Origin: an uncultured Alistipes sp.
Lineage (GTDB): Bacteria > Bacteroidota > Bacteroidia > Bacteroidales > Rikenellaceae
Direction: 5' to 3'
Assembly: GCA_949285535.1 (NCBI GenBank)
Contig: CASDZP010000002.1
Location: 100,054 to 164,053, forward strand
Length of the DNA stretch: 64,000 bases
Positions 10,012-18,702 of the stretch are shown piece by piece; the stretch's first letter is position 1, and every line of letters begins with the position of its first letter. The notes beneath the pieces are model-generated. The model worked only from the letters and a program-made list of their open reading frames with translations, had not been told where the DNA came from and searched no databases. Made by a program: the position numbers and the translations under genes.

Positions 10012-10057
10012 TAAAAAAACAACGATGACCATTGTGTCACAAAAGTCATCGTTGTTT
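10012..10057 (-). terminator. intrinsic terminator (minus strand), about 250 nt downstream of the efflux operon
   Basis: 13-bp stem aaacaacgatgac (10017-10029) pairs with gtcatcgttgttt (10045-10057). On the minus strand it is followed by T7. Confidence 0.65.
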
Positions 10058-10311
10058 CATTATTTGGTTGTCGTGACGCAATGCGTCTGACAAAATATCC
10101 CAAAAACACGGGAGAGGGCTATGTCGAACGAAGAACGATACGGGGCGGTATGATAACAATGAGAAAAAACTCCGTCTGCAGCGCCACTCTCCCGTTTTAT
10201 TTTTACATAACAGCTTACAAGTCCGATAATCTACCCGTTTTCAGTCGCGTCATACCGCACCACGACTATTCGACATAGCGAAACGGGTGATTGTTGTCGG
10301 AAGTGTCTCCG

Positions 10312-11682
10312 CTATTTTTCCTGTCCGCCGCCTAATGCCTGGTAGAGTGTCACAACACTCTGTATCTCGGCAAAACGGTTTGCCGTTCTTGACAATTCGG
10401 CAGACAGAAGCGTCTGTCGTGCGGTCAACACCTCGAGATAGGTGCGGTTACCGTACTCCATTAACAATGTAGTGCTTTTAAGAGCCTTCTGCAACGAGGT
10501 AACCTGCTTGTCATAAAGTTCGGTTTTGTTGCGTGCGGTCTGATAGGATGTCAGAGCGTCGTTCACCTCCACTCCTGCGTTGAGCAGCGTCTGTTCAAAA
10601 GCCAGACGTGCCTCTTCCTGCTGTGCTTTGGTTATCTTGAGGTTGGCGATGTTCTGACCTCTGTTAAAGAGGGGAAGCGTCAGCGAACCTATCGCCGAAG
10701 CGACAAATTTGGCAGGATTTACAATCATGGAACCCACTTCGTTAACCCAACCTGCACTGCCGCTCAACACTATCGACGGATAGAAGTTTGAGCGAGCCTG
10801 ATTGGTGGCATAGAAAGCGGCTTCGAGAGCGTGTTCAGCAGAACGCACATCGGGACGAGCCGAGAGCATGCGGATTGGTATGCCGACAGATAAATCTTCG
10901 GGCATGGTCTGTTCCGCGAGCGTTCCCCGCTCATATGTTCTCGGAGTCTCGGCAAGAAGCAACGACAATGTGTTTTGTGTAGTGATAATCTGCTCCTGAA
11001 GGTCGAGAACAGAAGTCTGTACGCTGTAATAAGTAGCTTCCATCTGTGATACGGCAGCCTCGTCGTACTGTCCAGCATCCATAAGGGCACGTGCGGACGC
11101 TATTGTCTCTTTCCATGCCTCTTCAGTCTGTTTTGAGATTTCGAGCTGCTCGTCCAACATCAAAAGCGTATAGTATGTGTTGGCAATGTTTGCTATCAAC
11201 TGCGTACGCACCGCCTGTTTATAGTCGAGACTCTGGGCATAGAGTGCCTGAGACTGTTTTTTGGCGTTACGCATACGTCCGAATATGTCAAGCTCCCAAC
11301 TTGCCGTGACAGGCAGCTGATAGGTCCATGTAGCCTTGTCACCGCCCGACATTCCGCTAACACCACCCTGAGGGGCGATTGCAAAAGAGGGCAAAAACGC
11401 AAGCTTTGACGAAAGGAGAGTTGCCTGCGCCTCCTCTACCCTCAACTGTGCGGACGCGTAATCGGTATTGTTCTCCAATCCGCGTTCTATGAGGGTCTGA
11501 AGATAAGGGTCGGTGAAAATCTCGTGCCAGTCCGTATCGCCTATGCTGACAGTATCGACACTCATCTCGACACTGTCTCCGTACAGATTGTCGGGAACAC
11601 TATCCACCGGTGTATATCGGCTGTATATGCCGCACCCTCCCAAAAGAAGGGTGGCGGCCATAGGTATTATCATTTTTTTCAT
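10312..11682 (-). CDS. RND efflux outer-membrane factor lipoprotein (TolC/NodT family)
   Basis: About 456 aa with the lipobox LLLGGCG and two-repeat OMF architecture, directly downstream of the RND pump. The track start at 11685 is GTG. An ATG lies at 11682. Confidence 0.9.
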   Translation of the reverse strand: MKKMIIPMAATLLLGGCGIYSRYTPVDSVPDNLYGDSVEMSVDTVSIGDTDWHEIFTDPYLQTLIERGLENNTDYASAQLRVEEAQATLLSSKLAFLPSFAIAPQGGVSGMSGGDKATWTYQLPVTASWELDIFGRMRNAKKQSQALYAQSLDYKQAVRTQLIANIANTYYTLLMLDEQLEISKQTEEAWKETIASARALMDAGQYDEAAVSQMEATYYSVQTSVLDLQEQIITTQNTLSLLLAETPRTYERGTLAEQTMPEDLSVGIPIRMLSARPDVRSAEHALEAAFYATNQARSNFYPSIVLSGSAGWVNEVGSMIVNPAKFVASAIGSLTLPLFNRGQNIANLKITKAQQEEARLAFEQTLLNAGVEVNDALTSYQTARNKTELYDKQVTSLQKALKSTTLLMEYGNRTYLEVLTARQTLLSAELSRTANRFAEIQSVVTLYQALGGGQEK

Positions 11683-11700
11683 CACACAATCGTTCTTTCG

Positions 11701-14700
11701 TTATTTTATGTCTTTGTCATCGAGAGCCACTCTTTCAGACTCGTTTCTTGCCATCTCTACCTGCACCTGCATATCGGCATCGACATGCATCGGACCGCGA
11801 AGTTTCTCCTGCAAATACTCGAAGACAATATAGAATATCGGAACCACGAAGAGAAGCGCGAGTGTACCGATTATCATACCGCCGATAACGCCCGTACCGA
11901 GAGAGCTGTTACCGTTGGCACCCGCACCTGTCGAGAACATCAGGGGCAACAGACCGAAAATCATTGTGAGGACGGTCATAAGAATGGGTCGCAGACGAGC
12001 CTGTGCCGCAGAGTAAGCGGAAGCAACGATACCCATGCCCTTACGTCTTCTCTCAACGGCGAATTCCGTAATAAGGATGGCAGTCTTTGCCAAAAGACCG
12101 ATCAACATAATCATACCTGTCTGGAGGTAGATGTTGTTTTCGAGTCCGAACGCCTTGGCGAAGAGGAATGAACCCATCAGACCGAAGGGAACTGAGAGAA
12201 TGACAGCCAACGGTATGATGAAACTTTCATAGAGGCAGACAAGAATAAGATAGATGAGAACCACGCAGATGACATATATGAAGACTGTCTCCGCACCGCC
12301 TCTCTGTGCCTCTTCTCGCGCCATACCGCCGAATTCGTAGCCGTAACCTGTGGGCAACACCTGTGAGGCAACCTCTTTTATCGCCTGCTGTGCCTGACCT
12401 GAAGAGTAGCCTTCGGCTGCGCTGACATTGACAGATATTGAACTGTAAAGGTTGAAACGGTTTGCCACTTCGGCGCCGAGCGTGTTCTTCAGAGTGACGA
12501 ACTGACTTATCGGAGCCATCTCCGTACCGTTGCGGACAAACATGTTGTCGAGCGAATGTTTGTCCAGACGGAAGTCGGGAGAGGCCTGGAGCATCACTCG
12601 ATACACCTTACCGAACTGGTTGTAGTTAGAGACATAAGAACCGCCGCAATATGCGCCGAGCACATCCAATATGTCGGTTGCGGCAATTCCGGCACGTTTA
12701 CATTTAGCCGCATCCACTTCAACGGCTATCTGAGGATAGCTCATAGAATAGGTGGTGTATGCCATCGCTATCTCGGGACGCTGGTTAAGAGCGCCGACAA
12801 ACTGCATCACGTTGTTATAGAAGACGCTCTTTTCGCCACCCGTCTTATCCTGCATGTTAAGCTCTATCGCGTTACCCATACCGTAACCGGGAATCATGGC
12901 GGGCTGGAAACAGAAGACGCTCGCCTCCTTAATCTGACCGAGCAGACCGTTCAGACGCGCCATGACGGCTGCGGCGGTGTGTTCCTCTCCTTTTCGTTCG
13001 TCCCAATGTTTCAGTTTAATGATTGACATACCGTAAGAGGTACCCTGTCCTGAAATCAAACCGTAACCTGACACACAGCTGAAGTGGTCAATCTCGGGCT
13101 GAGCCTCAAGTATCGCCGTCACCTTATCCAACACTTTGTTTGTCTCGCTCAAAGTGCTACCGGGAGAGGTCGCGATGTTGACCATGATTGTACCCTGGTC
13201 TTCCTGCGGTACAAGACCCGTTTTCGTGGTCTTCATCAAAAAGACAAGAAGCACTGCGGTCACAGCAAGCGACAACCACACCATCCAACGGTGGTGAATG
13301 GCAAACATCACACCTCTTTTATATTTACCCAATATGGCATTGTAAGAGGCGTTATATGCTGCACGCACCCTGCCGTTAAAGCTTTTTGCGCTCTTCGTTC
13401 CGTCAGCAGGACGCATGATGAGAGCACAGAGTGCGGGACAGAGAGTAAGTGCCGAGATGAGTGATATACCCACAGAGGTAGCCATGGTGATACCGAACTG
13501 TGTATAGAATACGCCCGAAGTACCGCCCATGAAGGTCACGGGGATAAACACCGCCATAAAGACGATAGAACAGGTTATGACCGCCATTGTCACATCACGC
13601 ATACCGTCGCGAGTAGCGTTTATCGGCGACTTGTAGCCTATATCGAATTTAGACTGGACAGCCTCCACAACGATGATGGCGTCGTCCACCACTATACCGA
13701 TTGCAAGCACAAGGGCGAAAAGCGTCAATATGTTGATACTGAAATCGGCAGCCACAAGGCAGGCGAAAGTACCTATCAACGAAACAATGATAGATATAGA
13801 GGGGATGAGCGTACTCTTGAAGTCCTGCAAGAAGAAGTAAACCACAAGAATGACGAGGATTATCGCCACGATAAGCGTTTCAACGACGTTGTGTATCGAA
13901 GCGAAAAGGAAGTCGTTGGTGCTCATCATCTGAACGAACTCAAGACCTTCGGGAAGGTTCTCAGACATCTGGTCTATCATTTTGCTTATGGACTCGTTCA
14001 CCTCGGTCGCGTTACTTCCCGCCACCTGGAAGACGAGGAATGTGACACCGGGAGCGCCGTCAACCTCACCACGGAAACTGTACGACTCGCGTCCAAGTTC
14101 TACTTCGGCAATATCCTTGAGACGGAGCACCGAACCGTCCGCGTTTGAACGAACCACAATGTCGTTAAATTCAGACATATCTTTGAGTCGTCCGCGATAT
14201 TTCATCGTGTACTGGAACACATTATCCGAACTTTCACCCAAAGAACCCGTGGGGGATTCAAGGTTCTGTTCGTTCAGCACGGCTGTCACGTCCGAAGGCT
14301 GAAGACCGTACTGTGCCATGCGTTCGGGATTGAGCCATATACGCATACTGTACGTATCACCCAATTCCATGACGTCACCTACACCCTGAATACGTTTTAT
14401 CTCGGGGATAACGTTGATGTCGAGATAGTTGGCGATAAACGACTCGTCATATCGTCCATCAGGGCTGGTGAGAGCGCAAATCTGAAGGAAGCTGCTCTGA
14501 CGCTTCATTGTGGTCACACCGATTTTTGTAACCTCGGTAGGCAACAGCCCCTGCGCCATAGAGACACGGTTCTGCACGTTGACCGCCGCCATGTCGGGGT
14601 CGGTACCCTGATTGAAATAGACCGTTATGCTGGCTGAGCCCGCGTTGGTTGCGGTAGAACTGATATACATCATGTTCTCCACACCGTTTATGCTCTCCTC

Positions 14701-14919
14701 GAGAGGCATGATGACACTGTTCATCACCGCATCGGCGTCGGCACCCGTATATGTGGCTGAAACCTGAACCGTAGGCGGCGCGATGTCGGGATACTGCTCC
14801 ACAGGCAGACTGAAGAGCGATATGAAACCGATTATCAGTATCAGAATGGAGATGGCCAATGCGGCCATCGGCCGTTTTATGAATACGTTTTCTTTCATAA
14901 TGTCATTCTCCTCCGTCAT
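11701..14919 (-). CDS. RND multidrug efflux permease (AcrB/HAE1 type)
   Basis: 1072 aa with 12-TM plus large periplasmic loop architecture and typical AcrB-family sequence blocks. Confidence 0.95.
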   Translation of the reverse strand: MTEENDIMKENVFIKRPMAALAISILILIIGFISLFSLPVEQYPDIAPPTVQVSATYTGADADAVMNSVIMPLEESINGVENMMYISSTATNAGSASITVYFNQGTDPDMAAVNVQNRVSMAQGLLPTEVTKIGVTTMKRQSSFLQICALTSPDGRYDESFIANYLDINVIPEIKRIQGVGDVMELGDTYSMRIWLNPERMAQYGLQPSDVTAVLNEQNLESPTGSLGESSDNVFQYTMKYRGRLKDMSEFNDIVVRSNADGSVLRLKDIAEVELGRESYSFRGEVDGAPGVTFLVFQVAGSNATEVNESISKMIDQMSENLPEGLEFVQMMSTNDFLFASIHNVVETLIVAIILVILVVYFFLQDFKSTLIPSISIIVSLIGTFACLVAADFSINILTLFALVLAIGIVVDDAIIVVEAVQSKFDIGYKSPINATRDGMRDVTMAVITCSIVFMAVFIPVTFMGGTSGVFYTQFGITMATSVGISLISALTLCPALCALIMRPADGTKSAKSFNGRVRAAYNASYNAILGKYKRGVMFAIHHRWMVWLSLAVTAVLLVFLMKTTKTGLVPQEDQGTIMVNIATSPGSTLSETNKVLDKVTAILEAQPEIDHFSCVSGYGLISGQGTSYGMSIIKLKHWDERKGEEHTAAAVMARLNGLLGQIKEASVFCFQPAMIPGYGMGNAIELNMQDKTGGEKSVFYNNVMQFVGALNQRPEIAMAYTTYSMSYPQIAVEVDAAKCKRAGIAATDILDVLGAYCGGSYVSNYNQFGKVYRVMLQASPDFRLDKHSLDNMFVRNGTEMAPISQFVTLKNTLGAEVANRFNLYSSISVNVSAAEGYSSGQAQQAIKEVASQVLPTGYGYEFGGMAREEAQRGGAETVFIYVICVVLIYLILVCLYESFIIPLAVILSVPFGLMGSFLFAKAFGLENNIYLQTGMIMLIGLLAKTAILITEFAVERRRKGMGIVASAYSAAQARLRPILMTVLTMIFGLLPLMFSTGAGANGNSSLGTGVIGGMIIGTLALLFVVPIFYIVFEYLQEKLRGPMHVDADMQVQVEMARNESERVALDDKDIK

Positions 14920-16022
14920 TTAATCTGCATGCCTTCACGCAACAGACCTGCGCCTTTAGAGACGATTTCATCTCCTACTTCAAGGCCTTTGGTGACAATG
15001 TACTGGCGTCCGTCGTTAATCTCTTCCACTTCTATGAGTGCAGATACAGCCTTACCGTCAACCACTTTATATACGATGACTTTATCCTGGAGACGGACAG
15101 TTGCCTCCTGAGGTATCACGATGCAGTTTTTATATGTACTCGGCATTAGAACGGCACCTGAAGCACCGCTGTGCAACAGACGGGCGTCGTTGGGGAATAC
15201 CGCACGAACGCTGACGGTACCTGTCTGACGGTCTATCACACCACTGATTGATTCGACACGTCCTTTCTGCTCGTAGATTGAACCGTCGTTGAGCTGGAGT
15301 TCGATTTCAGGCATCTGCTCGAGCGCCTTGTCGAGTGTACCGTAACTGCGAATCAATGAGAGGAGAGCATTCTCGGTCATTGAAAAATATACATACATCA
15401 CAGAGTTGTCGGAAACGGTGGTCAACGGCTGAGCCATGTTTGAGCTGACCAAAGTACCCACACGATAGGGCAATGTTCCGACAACGCCGTCGCTCGGACT
15501 TTTCACAACCGTGTAAGAGAGGTTGTTTCTGGCATTGACCTCCTGAGCCTCCGCCTGCGCCAACTGTGCTTTGGCTGTGAGGTAAGAGTTCTCTGCCGTT
15601 CTGAGCGTATAGTCTGAAACGACTTTCTCCTCAAAAAGTTTTTTGTTACTTTCGTATGTCAGTTTTGATGTCGCCAATCCTGCCTTTGCCGACTGAACAT
15701 TCGCCAACGCCGTGTTCAACGCGGCTCTGTACGGAACCTGGTCTATTATAAAGAGCGTCTGTCCTTTTTTGACCTTATCGCCTTCGGAAACACGCAACGC
15801 CTGAATCGTTCCCGACACCTGCGGATAGATGTCGATATCCTGACGTCCGCGTATCGTGGCGGAATAGAGAGTGTTTATCTCCTGATCACTCGTAGAAACA
15901 TTCATTGTCGAATAATTCGCCGCAGCCTGCTGCATCTGAGGTGCCTGCTTGCAAGCAACAACAAAAGCGACACAACAAATCATCCCGATTCGCTGCATCC
16001 ATCTTCTTTCTCTTTTTTTCAT
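14916..16022 (-). CDS. RND efflux periplasmic adaptor (membrane fusion protein)
   Basis: About 368 aa with a lipoprotein-like N-terminus (MICCVAFVVAC). It overlaps the pump gene by 4 nt. The track start at 16028 is GTG. An ATG lies at 16022. Confidence 0.9.
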   Translation of the reverse strand: MKKRERRWMQRIGMICCVAFVVACKQAPQMQQAAANYSTMNVSTSDQEINTLYSATIRGRQDIDIYPQVSGTIQALRVSEGDKVKKGQTLFIIDQVPYRAALNTALANVQSAKAGLATSKLTYESNKKLFEEKVVSDYTLRTAENSYLTAKAQLAQAEAQEVNARNNLSYTVVKSPSDGVVGTLPYRVGTLVSSNMAQPLTTVSDNSVMYVYFSMTENALLSLIRSYGTLDKALEQMPEIELQLNDGSIYEQKGRVESISGVIDRQTGTVSVRAVFPNDARLLHSGASGAVLMPSTYKNCIVIPQEATVRLQDKVIVYKVVDGKAVSALIEVEEINDGRQYIVTKGLEVGDEIVSKGAGLLREGMQIK

Positions 16023-16097
16023 TTTCACTGTTATCTAAACCGTTTTTATTTTAATCGTACTGTATCGTTTCCATTATCGGAATGTCGCAAAAAACAC

Positions 16098-16108
16098 ACG
16101 CGACAGAA
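16098..16108. promoter_or_regulatory. direct repeat box acgcgacagaa (copy 1), candidate regulator site
   Basis: An exact 11-mer, repeated at 16208-16218, inside the divergent efflux/AraC control region. Confidence 0.35.
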
Positions 16109-16190
16109 TGACAAGACAAGTCTCAAACGATGCTTTTATCAAAAGAACAGCCTATTCGGCAACATTAAGGGTTGCCCGCTAAAAACAGAG

Positions 16191-16198
16191 CAAAGGTA
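16191..16198 (-). promoter_or_regulatory. candidate -7 box (TACCTTTG) of the efflux operon
   Basis: The plus strand reads caaaggta, which is TACCTTTG on the minus strand. It lies about 165 nt upstream of the adaptor gene start. Confidence 0.4.
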
Positions 16199-16207
16199 GG
16201 TCAAAAT

Positions 16208-16218
16208 ACGCGACAGAA
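16208..16218. promoter_or_regulatory. direct repeat box acgcgacagaa (copy 2)
   Basis: Exact copy of 16098-16108, 110 bp away, just upstream of the candidate efflux -7 box. Confidence 0.35.
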
Positions 16219-16264
16219 AATTTCTTTTCGTAACCTCTTTTTTTCAAAATAGGAATAAACGCAT

Positions 16265-16272
16265 TATCTTTG
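16265..16272 (+). promoter_or_regulatory. candidate -7 box (TATCTTTG) of the AraC-family gene
   Basis: Matches TAnnTTTG, 17 nt upstream of ATG 16289. Confidence 0.4.
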
Positions 16273-16288
16273 ACGACAAAAAAGAGAC

Positions 16289-17128
16289 ATGAACATATTT
16301 CATTTGACAAATAACGAATCATTTTCGGTGGGTATAAACGTACCGGCAGACTTTCCCGCAAACCATTTTGAAAAGACGGAAAATTTCATCATTTTTCTGA
16401 TTAACGAGGGAAGCGCGTCGATAGAGATAGATTTTTGTCAATACGAGCTTCAGAAAAACCGATTCATAATAATAGGAAAGGATCTGTTTTTCAAATGTAC
16501 GGATATAAGCGACGACTTCAGGGTGTCGCACATAACGTTCAGCGTGGATATATGGCTCGAAATAACGGACCAGTTTGACTATAAGTTTTTCTCATTCCTG
16601 AAAAAATATCCCTACTCTCCGACCATGTCAGAAGAGCAGGTGGTAAAATTCAACCACATGATACACGCAATAAACGGAGTGTATCAGGAACATGAAAACA
16701 TTTTCAGACAGAAAATGTTCAAAAACTTCCTGCAAAATTTCCTGTTGAACCTCTACGACAAGACAAAAGCGCGTTTTCTGAATCACGACGCCAACAACAC
16801 ATGCCGTCAGGAAGAGTTGTTTGAAAAATTTATAGCGCTGGTGTTCAAACACAGTAGCACCAACCGTGACGTAAAGTTTTACGCTGACAAAATGTGCATA
16901 TCGACGCGTTATCTCTCATCTCTTGTCCAAAACATGACGGGACAGACTCCAAAAGTGATTATATCTCACCGATGTATCCAGGAGATAAAAAGGATGTTGC
17001 GCACCACAAACGATTCCATTCAGGAGATTGCCTTTCAGCTGCATTTCCCCGACCAGTCGTTCTTTTCACGATATTTCAAAAAGCATACGGGAATGTCACC
17101 GATGGATTATCGCAACAAACAAGAGTAA
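16289..17128 (+). CDS. AraC family transcriptional regulator
   Basis: 279 aa. The C-terminal approx. 100 aa carry the double HTH typical of AraC/XylS (…ISTRYLSSLVQNMTGQTPKVIISHRCIQEIKRML…FFSRYFKKHTGMSPMDYR). It is divergent from the RND operon. Confidence 0.85.
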   Translation: MNIFHLTNNESFSVGINVPADFPANHFEKTENFIIFLINEGSASIEIDFCQYELQKNRFIIIGKDLFFKCTDISDDFRVSHITFSVDIWLEITDQFDYKFFSFLKKYPYSPTMSEEQVVKFNHMIHAINGVYQEHENIFRQKMFKNFLQNFLLNLYDKTKARFLNHDANNTCRQEELFEKFIALVFKHSSTNRDVKFYADKMCISTRYLSSLVQNMTGQTPKVIISHRCIQEIKRMLRTTNDSIQEIAFQLHFPDQSFFSRYFKKHTGMSPMDYRNKQE

Positions 17129-17269
17129 TAAGCGACTCTCACGAAAAGTAGAAACATCATACTTTTCAGACGACATGACACACTCGCCCGGCAAGAGTGT
17201 AAACGAGTGAAACAATGTAGTCGGAGACCAAAAAATCGCCATACGATTTTTTTCTTCCCGAAATAACGC

Positions 17270-17277
17270 TACATTTG
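17270..17277 (+). promoter_or_regulatory. candidate -7 box (TACATTTG) of the GT2 operon
   Basis: Matches TAnnTTTG, 25 nt upstream of ATG 17302. Confidence 0.4.
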
Positions 17278-17301
17278 CAAAATGTTTTCGAGTAAAAATC
17301 A

Positions 17302-18036
17302 ATGTTTATGAACAAAACCTCCGAATATGAGCTTACAATCGTTGTACCGCTCTACAACGAGGAAGAGAACATGGAACGATTGGGAAGCGAACTTTCGAAA
17401 TATATCTCGAAAAGCTCTCTCAAAAGCTGCGTTCTTTTTGTCAACGACGGGTCGAAAGACGGCTCGCTCAAACATGTAAAAGAGCTTTGCGAAAAAGAGC
17501 CTCACTTCTATTATATCTCTTTTGAACAGAACAGAGGTCTGTCGGCGGCGATAAAAGGTGGTATCGACGTAACAGAAAGCCCCTATCTCGGCTATATAGA
17601 CGCCGACTTGCAGACGACACCCGAAGATTTTGAACTGCTCATACCTTATATTAAGGAGTATGAACTTGTCATGGGCATAAGGGCGGGTCGCAAAGACGGC
17701 TTCGTAAAACGCATGTCGAGCAAGATAGCCAACAACTTCCGCCGCTCGATGACTGGCGACACGGCGATAGATACAGGTTGCCCGCTGAAGATAATACACA
17801 CCGACGTGGCAAAACGCCTCCCCTTCTTTACGGGAATGCACCGTTTCTTCCCCGCGCTCATACTTCTTGAAGAGGGTCGGATGAAACAGTTGCCCGTGCG
17901 CCATTTTCCGAGAATTGCGGGCGTTGCGAAATACAATCTGCGCAACAGGCTGATTTCTCCGCTGATGGACTGTTTCGGCTATCGCTGGATGAAAAAAAGA
18001 TACATAAGATATAAGGTAGGAGAAAGCAAATTATAG
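17302..18036 (+). CDS. family-2 glycosyltransferase, polyprenyl-phosphate sugar synthase type (ArnC/GtrB/Dpm1-like)
   Basis: 244 aa. N-terminus LTIVVPLYNEEEN with DGSKDGS and DADLQ motifs, typical of this GT2 subgroup. Confidence 0.85.
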   Translation: MFMNKTSEYELTIVVPLYNEEENMERLGSELSKYISKSSLKSCVLFVNDGSKDGSLKHVKELCEKEPHFYYISFEQNRGLSAAIKGGIDVTESPYLGYIDADLQTTPEDFELLIPYIKEYELVMGIRAGRKDGFVKRMSSKIANNFRRSMTGDTAIDTGCPLKIIHTDVAKRLPFFTGMHRFFPALILLEEGRMKQLPVRHFPRIAGVAKYNLRNRLISPLMDCFGYRWMKKRYIRYKVGESKL

Positions 18037-18039
18037 CAA

Positions 18040-18702
18040 ATGTCTGACTGGTTGATTTACGGTATCGGCATGCTCGCCCAAATTTTCTTCTCCGGGCGAA
18101 TGATTCTGCAATGGATTTTGTCGGAGAAGGCGAAGAAGGTCGTTTCACCTTCCATTTTCTGGATTTTGAGCATATTGGCGTCCTATTTGCTGTTTATATA
18201 CGGATGGATAAGAGACGACTTCGCAATCATACTCGGACAGATAATCTCCTATTATGTCTATTTCTGGAATCTCGGTATCAAAGGAATACTGAAAAAGATA
18301 CCGACGATAATAAAAGTTTTGTTGCTGATAACTCCCGTTCTGGCGATAGGTTACATGATGCTCGACTGGAGCTATCACTTCGAACGACTCTTCAGAAACG
18401 ACGACATACCATTGTGGGTGGTGATATACGGCTCCGCAGGACAGATTATTTTCACGCTGAGATTCATATACCAGTGGCTCTACTCACAAAAACGCGGAGA
18501 ATCGGTACTGCCTCGCGGTTTCTGGATTATAAGCCTCGCAGGCTCGCTGATAATCATATCGTACGCCATATACAGAAAAGACCCCGTGTTGATACTCGGT
18601 CAGAGTACGGGCGCGTTCGTCTATACCCGCAACCTCTTCCTGCTTCGTAACGAGAGAAAGAGAGCGGCGGAGGAGAAATCGAAAATCATAACCGAAGAAT
18701 GA
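18040..18702 (+). CDS. membrane protein with two lipid-A-biosynthesis N-terminal (LAB_N) type repeats
   Basis: 220 aa with an internal duplication: FFSGRMILQWILSEKAKKVVSPSIFWILS... and IFTLRFIYQWLYSQKRGESVLPRGFWIIS.... The start is 4 nt after the GT2 stop. Confidence 0.7.
   Translation: MSDWLIYGIGMLAQIFFSGRMILQWILSEKAKKVVSPSIFWILSILASYLLFIYGWIRDDFAIILGQIISYYVYFWNLGIKGILKKIPTIIKVLLLITPVLAIGYMMLDWSYHFERLFRNDDIPLWVVIYGSAGQIIFTLRFIYQWLYSQKRGESVLPRGFWIISLAGSLIIISYAIYRKDPVLILGQSTGAFVYTRNLFLLRNERKRAAEEKSKIITEE

Noticed and set aside
10081-10278. 65-aa plus-strand ORF downstream of the efflux operon.
   Set aside because: It has no promoter or RBS context and odd composition. The region is better explained as a structured non-coding 3' tail (see finding).
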